Shown here one piece after another: positions 29,222 through 38,002 of a stretch of 64,000 bases of DNA. The DNA is taken from the NCBI GenBank assembly GCA_048571215.1, contig CP182352.1, positions 96,001 through 160,000 of the forward strand, given 5' to 3'. A model generated the notes under the pieces. The model saw nothing but the letters and a program-made list of their open reading frames with translations, was not told the origin of the DNA and searched no databases. The DNA is from Halarcobacter sp. GTDB lineage: Bacteria > Campylobacterota > Campylobacteria > Campylobacterales > Arcobacteraceae. The position numbers were made by a program, and so were the translations under genes. Within the stretch, counting starts at the first letter, position 1; every line of letters begins with the position of its first letter.

Positions 29222-29923
29222 ATGAATAAAAAAATCGCAGATGTTTTGTATGTAAAAGTGGGAATTGTAACTACTACAAAACTTGAAAATAGTAAACGTC
29301 AAGAGTTAGTTTCTGGGATAAAAAAGTACCCAATAGATAAATCATATCTTACAAAAACAGGTTTTAAAGATGATTTTCAAGCTGATTTAGTTCATCATGG
29401 GGGAGAGAATAAAGCATTATTTCTTTTCTCTTTACTTACTTATGGGAAGATAAATTCCCATTTTGACAACAATTTTGATATGACAAATATGGCTTATTTT
29501 GGTGAAAATCTTATATTATCAGATATTTGTGAAAAAGATGTTTGTGTTGGAGATATCTTAAAGATTGGAGAAACTTTAGTTCAAATAACACAACCAAGAC
29601 AACCTTGTTGGAAATTAAGTGCAAATACAAATAAAAAAAATATGACAAAGTTTATCTTTGATAGTGGTTTTACTGGATGGTATGCAAAAGTTTTAGAAGA
29701 GGGGTTTATTTGTAAAGATGATGAAGTTATTTTAACAGAAAGAAAAAACCCTAATTTGACAATTGAAAAATTAAATCAATTGATGGTAAATCCAATATCT
29801 GATGTAAACATAACATTAGAAGCTTTACGTTGTGAAGATTTAGGAAAACCATTTCTAACATCACTTGAAAAAAGATTTAGACTAAAAGATAAAGATGAAC
29901 AATTCTTACATTATCACATATGA
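29222..29923 (+). CDS. MOSC-domain protein (YiiM-like)
   Basis: HHGGENKA, FGENL, QPRQPCWKL, TGWY motifs. Confidence 0.92.
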   Translation: MNKKIADVLYVKVGIVTTTKLENSKRQELVSGIKKYPIDKSYLTKTGFKDDFQADLVHHGGENKALFLFSLLTYGKINSHFDNNFDMTNMAYFGENLILSDICEKDVCVGDILKIGETLVQITQPRQPCWKLSANTNKKNMTKFIFDSGFTGWYAKVLEEGFICKDDEVILTERKNPNLTIEKLNQLMVNPISDVNITLEALRCEDLGKPFLTSLEKRFRLKDKDEQFLHYHI

Positions 29924-30004
29924 TGACTAAAACTAAACGATGATTCTTACACTTGCAAATAGTTCAATAGGTGTATTAAATAAAAGAATTATAGATAATT
30001 GCTA

Positions 30005-30062
30005 AAATTCTTGACTATTTAGTCAAGAATTTGTTATACTTTTACTTGACTATATAGTCAAG
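30005..30062 (+). promoter_or_regulatory. Promoter with two palindromic operators
   Basis: CTTGACTATTTAGTCAAG and CTTGACTATATAGTCAAG flank an extended -10 TGTTATACT; the first overlaps the -35 TTGACT. Confidence 0.8.
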
Positions 30063-30131
30063 GCATAATCATTAGAAGTTAGATTTTATCTTTTGTTATG
30101 AATTTTGCCAGAAAATTTAAAAGGATAAAAG

Positions 30132-31007
30132 ATGAGTTGGTATATTCAAAAATCAATTTTGTCATTTTTTTTCATGTTTTTATATGGAAGTGGATTTATT
30201 TTTACTCAATATGGTTTGCAAAACTCTTCCCCAATGTCATTTTTAGGAATAAGATTTTTTATGGCATTTTGGATTTTATTAGCCATTGCTTACCTTCTAA
30301 AAGTATCACTTCCAAAAACAAAAAAAGAGTTTTTCCAAATAGCATTTGCAGGAAGTTTGACAGTAGGAACCTTTTCCATAGGTGTTTTTATGTCGATTTT
30401 TTATGGGGTTTCAGGGGCATTAAATGCTTTGATTATATCCTTGCAACCAATTATTGTGACTTTTTTAGCTTTGAAGTTTTTGGATGAAGAGATAAATAAA
30501 AGGGTTTGGTTTGGATTGATTATAGGATTTATTGGGGTATCTTTTGTAGTAGTTTCAAAATTAGATACTTCATTTGATTCTATTTTAGGTGTGTTTTGGT
30601 CTGTTGTGGGATTGTTAGGGCTTAGTTTTGGAAGTTTATATCAAAAGAAGTATTGTACAGGTATGAACCTATACTCAGGTGGTGCAATACAAACCCTAAG
30701 TTCAACGATACTTGTTATTCCATTTTTGTTTTTTGAAGATATTCATATATCATGGAATGGGGAGTTTGTAATTGCCTTACTATATATGGCAGTTGGAGTT
30801 AGTATTGGTGCCTTATCACTTTTGTATGTGATGATAAAAAATGCAGAGGTTTCAAAGGTATCTTCAATCTTTTATTTGGTACCAGTAAGTGCAGCTATTG
30901 TTTCATATCTTTTATTGAATGACAAAATAGAATTTAGTGAAATCATAGGAATAATTACTATAATAATCGCAATAGTATTAATAAATAAAAAGAAAGGAAT
31001 AAAATGA
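30132..31007 (+). CDS. DMT/EamA-family transporter
   Basis: About 10 TM helices, two EamA repeats, GSLYQKK motif. Confidence 0.9.
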   Translation: MSWYIQKSILSFFFMFLYGSGFIFTQYGLQNSSPMSFLGIRFFMAFWILLAIAYLLKVSLPKTKKEFFQIAFAGSLTVGTFSIGVFMSIFYGVSGALNALIISLQPIIVTFLALKFLDEEINKRVWFGLIIGFIGVSFVVVSKLDTSFDSILGVFWSVVGLLGLSFGSLYQKKYCTGMNLYSGGAIQTLSSTILVIPFLFFEDIHISWNGEFVIALLYMAVGVSIGALSLLYVMIKNAEVSKVSSIFYLVPVSAAIVSYLLLNDKIEFSEIIGIITIIIAIVLINKKKGIK

Positions 31008-31933
31008 AAATAGTTATTTTAGATAGAGCAACTTTAGGTGAAGATATAAATATAGATGTTTTTAAAGAGTTTGGGGAAGTTGTATCTTATGCTACAACAA
31101 GCGAAGAAGAGTCAAAAGAAAGAGTAAAAGATGCAGATATAGTACTTACAAATAAAGTAGTTTTGAGAAAAGAGCAAATGGATGATTCTGCTATAAAACT
31201 TATTTGTATCACCGCAACGGGAACTGATAATGTAGATTTAGAGTATGCCAAATCTAAAAATATAGAAGTTAAAAACGTGGCTGATTATTCCACTTCAAGT
31301 GTGGTTCAAGTTGCATTTGCGATGATATTTTATTTTGTTCAAAAACTAAACTATTATAAAACTTATGTTGATAATGGAGAGTGGGAAAAATCACCTGTAT
31401 TTACCCATATAGATGAAGTGTTTTATGAGTTGGATAATAAAAGAGTGGGGATTATTGGTTTTGGGAATATTGGAGAAAACTTAGCAAAAAAAGCCCAAGC
31501 TTTTAATTGTGAAGTTGTTTATTATTCAACAAGTGGAAGAAACTCTAATCCAAACTACAAAAGAGTTGAGCTAGATGAGTTATTAGAAAGTTCAGATATC
31601 ATAAGTATCCATTGTCCATTAAATGAGAAGACAAGAAATCTATTGACCTATGAAAATATGAAAAATATAAAAGAGGGAGCGATTCTTTTAAATCTTGGTC
31701 GTGGTGGAATTATAAATGAAGATGATTTAGCCAAAATAATAGATGAAGAAAAGATTTATTGTGGTATTGATGTGGTTTCAAAAGAACCAATTGAGAGTAC
31801 AAATCCTTTATTAAAAGTTGTAAATAAAGATAGATTACTTCTAACTCCACATATTGGTTGGGGTTCAAGTGAAGCTAGAAATAGACTTATAAAAAAAGTG
31901 GTACAAAATATAAAAGATTTTTTAGATAAATAA
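31004..31933 (+). CDS. D-2-hydroxyacid dehydrogenase
   Basis: ATGTDNVD, GIIGFGNIG, HCPLN, NLGRGG, LTPHIGW. Confidence 0.93.
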   Translation: MKIVILDRATLGEDINIDVFKEFGEVVSYATTSEEESKERVKDADIVLTNKVVLRKEQMDDSAIKLICITATGTDNVDLEYAKSKNIEVKNVADYSTSSVVQVAFAMIFYFVQKLNYYKTYVDNGEWEKSPVFTHIDEVFYELDNKRVGIIGFGNIGENLAKKAQAFNCEVVYYSTSGRNSNPNYKRVELDELLESSDIISIHCPLNEKTRNLLTYENMKNIKEGAILLNLGRGGIINEDDLAKIIDEEKIYCGIDVVSKEPIESTNPLLKVVNKDRLLLTPHIGWGSSEARNRLIKKVVQNIKDFLDK

Positions 31934-31942
31934 AGGAAAAAC

Positions 31943-32485
31943 ATGAGTAAAGCATTGATTTTAATAGATATTCAAAATGACTATTTTGAAGGTGGAGCTT
32001 TTGAGTTAGTAAATTCTCAAGAGGCAAGTTTAAAAGCAAAAAAACTTTTAGAGTATTTTAGAAAAGAAAAAATGCCTATATTTCATATCCAACATATAAA
32101 TATAAGAGAGGGATCAACTTTTTTTTTACCAGATACAAAAGGTATTCAAATACATGAAAATGTAAAACCACTAGAAAATGAAATTATTATAGAAAAAAAT
32201 TTCCCAAATAGTTTTTTACAAACCTCTTTAGAAGAGCAGTTAGACAAACAAAATATAAAAGAGTTAGTAATTTGTGGAATGATGAGTCATATGTGTGTAG
32301 ACTCAACCACAAGAGCAGCCTTTGATATGGGTTATTCTTGTACACTTGTACATGATGCTTGTACCACAAGAGATTTAGAGTTTCATGGAAAAAAGATAAA
32401 AGCTAGTGAGGTTCACAACTCTTTTATGTCAGCACTTGGCAGTGTTTTTGCTAAGCTTGTAAGTATTGATGAGGTTTTAAAATAA
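31943..32485 (+). CDS. Cysteine hydrolase (isochorismatase family)
   Basis: IDIQNDYF, KNFPNSF, GMMSHMCVDSTTR. Confidence 0.92.
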   Translation: MSKALILIDIQNDYFEGGAFELVNSQEASLKAKKLLEYFRKEKMPIFHIQHINIREGSTFFLPDTKGIQIHENVKPLENEIIIEKNFPNSFLQTSLEEQLDKQNIKELVICGMMSHMCVDSTTRAAFDMGYSCTLVHDACTTRDLEFHGKKIKASEVHNSFMSALGSVFAKLVSIDEVLK

Positions 32486-32537
32486 TATTAACTTTAAAGC
32501 TATTTTTGTAGAATAAGAAAAAAAGATTGGATAGCTT

Positions 32538-33464
32538 ATGATAAAAAAAATCTCTATACTATTTCCTTTGTGGGCAGTTTTATTTTCTTTGCTTGCATAC
32601 TTACAACCAAGTTTAGTTGTGGGGTTTAAATCTTGGATTATTCCACTTTTGATTCTTATTATGTTTTGTATGGGTATTACCCTTAAAGTTGAAGATTTTA
32701 AAAGGGTTTTTAAAAGACCAAAAATCATAGCCTTGACTGTGGTATTGCAGTTTTTATTTATGCCTTTTTTTGCTTTTTTAGTATCTAAGTTATTTAATCT
32801 ATCTGATGAATTACTTGTTGGTATGGTACTTGTTGGGGCAGTTTCTGGGGGAACTGCTTCAAATGTAATAGCATTTTTAGCAAAAGCTGATGTGGCACTT
32901 TCTATTACTATGACTATAGTTTCAACTTTATTATCTATAGTTGTAACTCCATATTTGACACTTTTTTATGTGGGGCAAACAGTACCTGTACCAGCTCTTA
33001 GTATGCTTCTTAGTATTTTGAAAATAGTGTTTGTACCTGTTGTTGTAGGGCTTATATTAAATCAAATTTTTAATAAATATATTGAAAAAAGACATGATAT
33101 TTTTGCTTTGTTGTCTATTATCTCTATTGTATTTATTATAGGAATTATAATTGGACTTAACGAAAGTAAAATCTCTACAATTGCATTATCTTTGATGTTA
33201 GCAATAGTTTGTCATAATCTTTTAGGTTTAGTTGCTGGATACTATTTTGCAAAAATGTTTGGATATGATAAAACAGTATGTAAAACAGTTGCCATAGAAG
33301 TTGGTATGCAAAACTCTGGTTTAGCTGTTGTCTTAGCTATGAAATACTTTTCTGCTTTGAGCGCGCTTCCAGGAGCTATATTTAGTATTTGGCATAATAT
33401 TTCAGGGGCAATTCTTGCAGGTATTTGGTCAAAGCAAGAGGATCTTAGCAATAACTCAAAATAG
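32538..33464 (+). CDS. Bile acid:sodium symporter (BASS) family transporter, PanS-like
   Basis: MFCMGITL, GGTASNV, IEVGMQNSGLA. Confidence 0.92.
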   Translation: MIKKISILFPLWAVLFSLLAYLQPSLVVGFKSWIIPLLILIMFCMGITLKVEDFKRVFKRPKIIALTVVLQFLFMPFFAFLVSKLFNLSDELLVGMVLVGAVSGGTASNVIAFLAKADVALSITMTIVSTLLSIVVTPYLTLFYVGQTVPVPALSMLLSILKIVFVPVVVGLILNQIFNKYIEKRHDIFALLSIISIVFIIGIIIGLNESKISTIALSLMLAIVCHNLLGLVAGYYFAKMFGYDKTVCKTVAIEVGMQNSGLAVVLAMKYFSALSALPGAIFSIWHNISGAILAGIWSKQEDLSNNSK

Positions 33465-33534
33465 CAATATGGGAGTAGTTTTAATTTCTAAATCTTAATA
33501 CAATTCCTACACAAAAGAGTTTGAAAGAGAGCAG

Positions 33535-34380
33535 ATGAGTAAGACCACAAAAGATGATTATATACAAAGTGTATGTAGAGTGATTTTGTACATTGAACAA
33601 AACTATAATAATGAGCTAAGCCTTGATGAATTATCAAAAATTGCCAGCTTTTCTAAGTATCATTTTCACCGTATCTTTAAATCTATTGTGGGTGAGAGTA
33701 TGGGTGAATATATTAGAAGAGTAAGACTTCAAAGCACAACCTTACAGTTTATGACAAATCAAAAAATCACTCAAATAGCAATGAACAGTGGATATGAAAC
33801 CAATGCCTCTTTTTCAAAGGCTTTTAAAAAGCATTTTGGAATAACTCCTAAAGAGTTTGCAAAAAATGCAAAATTAAAAAGAGGAAATAAGATGTTAGAG
33901 CCAAAAATAGTGGAGCTTGAAGATATAGATATTTTATATGTAAGAAGAACAGGTGAGTATCAAAAAGCAGCTCAAGAAGCGTGGGAAGTACTTATGCCCT
34001 TTGCTTATGGACATAAAATAAAAAACAAAAAAAACCTAATGGGTGATAATGCCATGATGTTTGGAATAGGGCATGATAATCCACATGTAACAGAAGTAGA
34101 AAAACTAAGATACGATGCGTGTATCTCATGGGATGATAAAACAGTAAAACCAGAGGGTGAGATTCAAAGTAAAATAATCGATGGTGGAAAATACGCCATG
34201 TTTTTACATAAAGGTGCATATACAGAACTAATTAATACTTATGATGGTGTATCTGATTGGATTGTAGAAAGTGGAGCCCAGTTGAGGGATTTGCCTATAG
34301 TTGAAAAGTATTTGAATAAAAATCCAAGAAGCACTAAACCTGAGAATTTAAGAACAGAGATTTATATCCCTTTGGTTTAG
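33535..34380 (+). CDS. AraC-family regulator with a C-terminal GyrI-like effector domain
   Basis: SKYHFHRIF and FKKHFGITP HTH; LRYDAC and GGKYAMFLHKGAY. Confidence 0.92.
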   Translation: MSKTTKDDYIQSVCRVILYIEQNYNNELSLDELSKIASFSKYHFHRIFKSIVGESMGEYIRRVRLQSTTLQFMTNQKITQIAMNSGYETNASFSKAFKKHFGITPKEFAKNAKLKRGNKMLEPKIVELEDIDILYVRRTGEYQKAAQEAWEVLMPFAYGHKIKNKKNLMGDNAMMFGIGHDNPHVTEVEKLRYDACISWDDKTVKPEGEIQSKIIDGGKYAMFLHKGAYTELINTYDGVSDWIVESGAQLRDLPIVEKYLNKNPRSTKPENLRTEIYIPLV

Positions 34381-34565
34381 TAAATTAGTCTCATAAAGAC
34401 TTAAATATTTCGTTTCTAGTATACTTAAAAATATCAAACTTGTCGCCAATCTTGACAAGTTTAAAAATCTAAACAGTTAAATGTAAACTTCTTTAGAATT
34501 CTAAATACATTTATATTTATTTTGATAAACTGATTTAATTTTTTTAATTTATACTAGGAAATGAT

Positions 34566-35612
34566 TTGTTTGACCAGCACAAATATAGAAATGAGCTTCT
34601 AAAAAAATATCTTCTTATAGGGTTTGTAACTTCTGTATTATTATCACCACTATACTACGAAATAGGTATAAGCTATATAGCTATTACCTTAAATATTTTT
34701 TCGGTACTAATGGTATATTTATTTATAAATAGTAAGAAAACCAATAGATATATATATAATTCAAGATTTTTTATGATTTCAATAAGTTTTTTATTTATTA
34801 TTGGATTTATAGATGGAAATCAAGAGATTAATAGTATATTTTTTATTTTACTTTATCCCATAGCTTCATTTTCTATACGAGGTCCTAAAGAAGGGATATT
34901 GTGGTCTATTGTGCTACTTAGTATCTTAATATCAATATTTACCATTTTTTCACTTCCTTATAATAAATATTCATTTTTATTTTTTTGTGTAGCTTATTTG
35001 ATGGTATCTTATCTTCTTTATTTTTATAGGTATTATGAAATTATGAGGTTTAAGAGTATAAATGAAGAGTTGGAGAATATTGTAAAAGAGCGAACCAAAG
35101 AACTTGAAATATCAAATAAAAAACTTGAAAAATTAGCTTCTACAGATGTTTTAACTAAACTTCTCAACCGTGGAAAACTTAACGATTCTTTGGAAAGTGA
35201 AATTAATAGAGCAAATAGGTTTAAACATATATTTGGAGTGATTATAATGGATATTGATTATTTTAAATCTACCAATGATACATATGGGCATAATGTAGGA
35301 GATAAAATACTTGAAGAGTTTGCAACTATACTAAAAAGAAAAACAAGAGTAACTGATATAGTTGGACGTTGGGGTGGAGAAGAGTTTGTAATTATTTGTC
35401 CTCAAACGGATATAAAAGGTATAAAAAAACTTGCAGAAGAGTTAAGATATACAATTGAAAATAATAGTTTTTCTATTGTAGGTCAAAAAACAGCAAGTTT
35501 TGGTATTACTCTTTATTGTGAAGGTGACACTATAAAAAGTTTAATATCAAGGGCAGATAAGGCTTTATATAGAGCAAAAGAAGAGGGGAGAAATAAAGTA
35601 GTAGTATTTTAA
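34566..35612 (+). CDS. Membrane-bound diguanylate cyclase
   Basis: N-terminal TM helices; RVTD I-site followed by RWGGEEF. Confidence 0.9.
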   Translation: MFDQHKYRNELLKKYLLIGFVTSVLLSPLYYEIGISYIAITLNIFSVLMVYLFINSKKTNRYIYNSRFFMISISFLFIIGFIDGNQEINSIFFILLYPIASFSIRGPKEGILWSIVLLSILISIFTIFSLPYNKYSFLFFCVAYLMVSYLLYFYRYYEIMRFKSINEELENIVKERTKELEISNKKLEKLASTDVLTKLLNRGKLNDSLESEINRANRFKHIFGVIIMDIDYFKSTNDTYGHNVGDKILEEFATILKRKTRVTDIVGRWGGEEFVIICPQTDIKGIKKLAEELRYTIENNSFSIVGQKTASFGITLYCEGDTIKSLISRADKALYRAKEEGRNKVVVF

Positions 35613-35632
35613 TATTATTTTAACTTTTAAGA

Positions 35633-36265
35633 TTATAAATTCATCTTCTCCAACATCTCTTTTCCTTTTTGTGTTAAAAAAGGGTAAATCATAAATTCAA
35701 AGAAAATCTCTTTTGCTTCTTTTATAGATTCTTTTGAAACTTCTCCTGAAGATGAGGCAAACACTTGCCAATAGGAAGTGACAAACCAATGTAGTTTTGC
35801 TCTTTTTTTTAAACTTTGATCAGCTTGATATTTAAGAATATTTTCCTTTATCAAAAACTCTAAAAGCTTTTCTATTTGAATTATTCTTTTATCTTGATTT
35901 ATTGAAAAAGCTTGTTTAAAACTTGGATATAGTGCCATCAAAACCATAGAATCTCTTAGTAAAAAACGGTATTCATAAAACATCTCACCATAATTTTCAA
36001 AATTTTCATGAAGAGTTTGTATGGGATTCTTACTCATAAGTAAAGATTCAAAACTGTTTAGACTTTCGAATCTATTTGAAAGATTCTTATATAAGTAGAG
36101 GATAATCTCTTCTTTGTTTTTAAAATGATAATAAAGATTTCCAGGTGAAATACCAGCTTCTTTTGCTATATGATTGGTTGTTACACTTAGAGTTTCTTGT
36201 TCATTGAAAAGTTTTTTTGCACTGTTTGTGATTTTTGTTTTTGTATCGATTTTAATTTTTTTCAT
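35633..36265 (-). CDS. TetR-family regulator
   Basis: TTNHIAKEAGISPGNLYYHFKNKEEI. Confidence 0.93.
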   Translation of the reverse strand: MKKIKIDTKTKITNSAKKLFNEQETLSVTTNHIAKEAGISPGNLYYHFKNKEEIILYLYKNLSNRFESLNSFESLLMSKNPIQTLHENFENYGEMFYEYRFLLRDSMVLMALYPSFKQAFSINQDKRIIQIEKLLEFLIKENILKYQADQSLKKRAKLHWFVTSYWQVFASSSGEVSKESIKEAKEIFFEFMIYPFLTQKGKEMLEKMNL

Positions 36266-36297
36266 ATATTATTTTATCATAATAGAGCTTTTAATCT

Positions 36298-36325
36298 AAA
36301 TTTTAGAGTAATTACTCTAAAATTT
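36298..36325. promoter_or_regulatory. Perfect palindromic operator between the divergent TetR and DinB-like genes
   Basis: AAATTTTAGAGTAATTACTCTAAAATTT. Confidence 0.75.
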
Positions 36326-36346
36326 TAAATATACAAAGGAGTTACT

Positions 36347-36910
36347 ATGAGTTTAGGCGTTGCTGGAGCTGGATTACCCCAGTTTGAAAGATTGTTTATA
36401 AAAAGAGTTTTAGTCCCTTCTGTTAGGATTGTATGCACTTGGAATATAGCATTGTTTATGATTAAACGAGAAGTTAAGATAATAGAAGAGTTAATCGAGA
36501 ATTTCGACAAAGATACTTTACAAAAAAGGGTTGTGATAAAAAGAGCTTTTGCTATTGAAGATCATAGTAGGGATTATTCTATAAATATGACTTTGGAGCA
36601 TTTAAGAATAGCAGGTACTGCAGTTATGGCTGTAATTGAAACCCTTTCAAATGAAAAAGAGTTTCCCAAAGATATTACAATAGAGGCTGTAAAACCAAAA
36701 GATAATGGGAAAGATGAAGCTAAAAAGTTTTTTGATTTTATGAAAACATATGAAGAGTATATAAAAAATCATAAAAAAAACTATTCCAAAAAAACAAAAA
36801 AACACCCTTGGTTTGTAAACTTCAATAATTTTGATTGGGCATGTTTTATGTATATGCACACTTTTATCCATAGACGACAAGTTCAAGCTATTATAAAGGA
36901 GCTAAGATGA
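36347..36910 (+). CDS. DinB-like protein
   Basis: YSINMTLEHL, HPWF and HTFIHRRQ metal-binding His pattern. Confidence 0.75.
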   Translation: MSLGVAGAGLPQFERLFIKRVLVPSVRIVCTWNIALFMIKREVKIIEELIENFDKDTLQKRVVIKRAFAIEDHSRDYSINMTLEHLRIAGTAVMAVIETLSNEKEFPKDITIEAVKPKDNGKDEAKKFFDFMKTYEEYIKNHKKNYSKKTKKHPWFVNFNNFDWACFMYMHTFIHRRQVQAIIKELR

Positions 36911-37110
36911 GTAATCACACAGGTACATTGTTACGAATCATCGGTATATTTATTGGATTGATTAGTTTTTGGTTTATAATAAGTTTAGTATTTACCCTAT
37001 TAATTGTTTTGATTACTAATATTCAATTTAATATTTCAAATGCTTTATATGTTTTTGCAATCTTACTTTTTATCAGGGTTTTTTATCCAAGATATATATT
37101 TAAAACTTAG
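36907..37110 (+). CDS. Small two-TM membrane protein
   Basis: ATGA overlap with the DinB-like gene; hydrophobic 67 aa. Confidence 0.65.
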   Translation: MSNHTGTLLRIIGIFIGLISFWFIISLVFTLLIVLITNIQFNISNALYVFAILLFIRVFYPRYIFKT

Positions 37111-37213
37111 ATTAGTATTTTTCTTTTTATATGAAATTTAAGATAATAAAAATTTATAGAATTATTATATTAAATTAAGAGTATAATAAGGTATCTAATT
37201 TAAGGAGGACGTT

Positions 37214-37849
37214 ATGAAAAATATAGCAAAAGTTAGTCCTATATTTTTTGGTTTAGTATGTTTACTTTCAACAGGTGTTTTTGCACAAGATTTACCTCCA
37301 AGAGGTCCTATGTCTTTTTCAATGTATGATACCAATAGTGATGGTTTTGTTAGTGAAGAAGAGTTTTATTCTTTGCGAGCAAAACGGATGGAGAAAAAAG
37401 CTACTGCTGGAATGCCAATGAAAAATGCAGGAAATGCACCTACTTTTGAAGAGTTCGATATAAACAAAGATGGAAAGATAAGTGAAATTGAACTTCTAAA
37501 AGGACAAAATGCCCAAATGATGAAAAATAAAGGCAATATGAAAAACAAAGGAAATATGGGAAACAAAGGAAATATGGGAAACAAAGGAAATATGGGAAAC
37601 AAAGGAAACAAAGGGATGATGCAAAGAGCAAATATGCCTGTCTTTGAAGATTTTGATTTAAATGGTGATGGTGGTATTACAAAACAAGAGATGATGGATA
37701 CCAGAGCAAAACGAATGGAACAAAAAGCTGCACAAGGTAAGATGATGAAAAATGCAGGAAACCAATCAGATTTTTCAGATATTGATACAAATGGTGATGG
37801 AAAAGTTGATAAAAATGAGTTCATCTCTAATCAAATGAAAAAACGATAA
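37214..37849 (+). CDS. Secreted EF-hand protein
   Basis: Signal peptide; four DxNxDG loops in a duplicated module; AAGGAGG RBS. Confidence 0.88.
   Translation: MKNIAKVSPIFFGLVCLLSTGVFAQDLPPRGPMSFSMYDTNSDGFVSEEEFYSLRAKRMEKKATAGMPMKNAGNAPTFEEFDINKDGKISEIELLKGQNAQMMKNKGNMKNKGNMGNKGNMGNKGNMGNKGNKGMMQRANMPVFEDFDLNGDGGITKQEMMDTRAKRMEQKAAQGKMMKNAGNQSDFSDIDTNGDGKVDKNEFISNQMKKR
37520..37614 (+). repeat. 18-bp coding tandem repeat (NKGNMG/K)
   Basis: AACAAAGGAAATATGGGA x3 exact from 37544, plus degenerate flanking copies. Confidence 0.9.
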
Positions 37850-37856
37850 ATCTTAT

Positions 37857-37887
37857 AGAAGGTGTCTTAAAGACATCTTCTGTTTTT
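37857..37887 (+). terminator. Intrinsic terminator of the EF-hand gene
   Basis: AGAAGGTGTCT-TAA-AGACATCTTCT then GTTTTT. Confidence 0.75.
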
Positions 37888-37914
37888 ATTAGTCATTAAA
37901 TAATTCCTTTTTAC

Positions 37915-37947
37915 TATTAATATTGATAATTGTTTTCAATATTAATA
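37915..37947. promoter_or_regulatory. Fur-box-like palindrome
   Basis: TATTAATATTGA-TAATTGTTT-TCAATATTAATA containing TGATAATTGTTTTCA (7-1-7 Fur-like). Confidence 0.65.
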
Positions 37948-38002
37948 AAAAATTAATCTTTAATATATTAATATTCTTTCCAAATATATGGAAAGGATAT
38001 AT

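Noticed and set aside
30098..30487. 129-aa alternative-frame ORF overlapping the DMT transporter
   Set aside because: Overlaps a well-supported gene that has its own AAGGA RBS; no recognisable motifs.
37520..37614. Tandem repeat considered as a CRISPR array
   Set aside because: Contiguous 18-bp in-frame coding repeats with no spacers and no cas genes.
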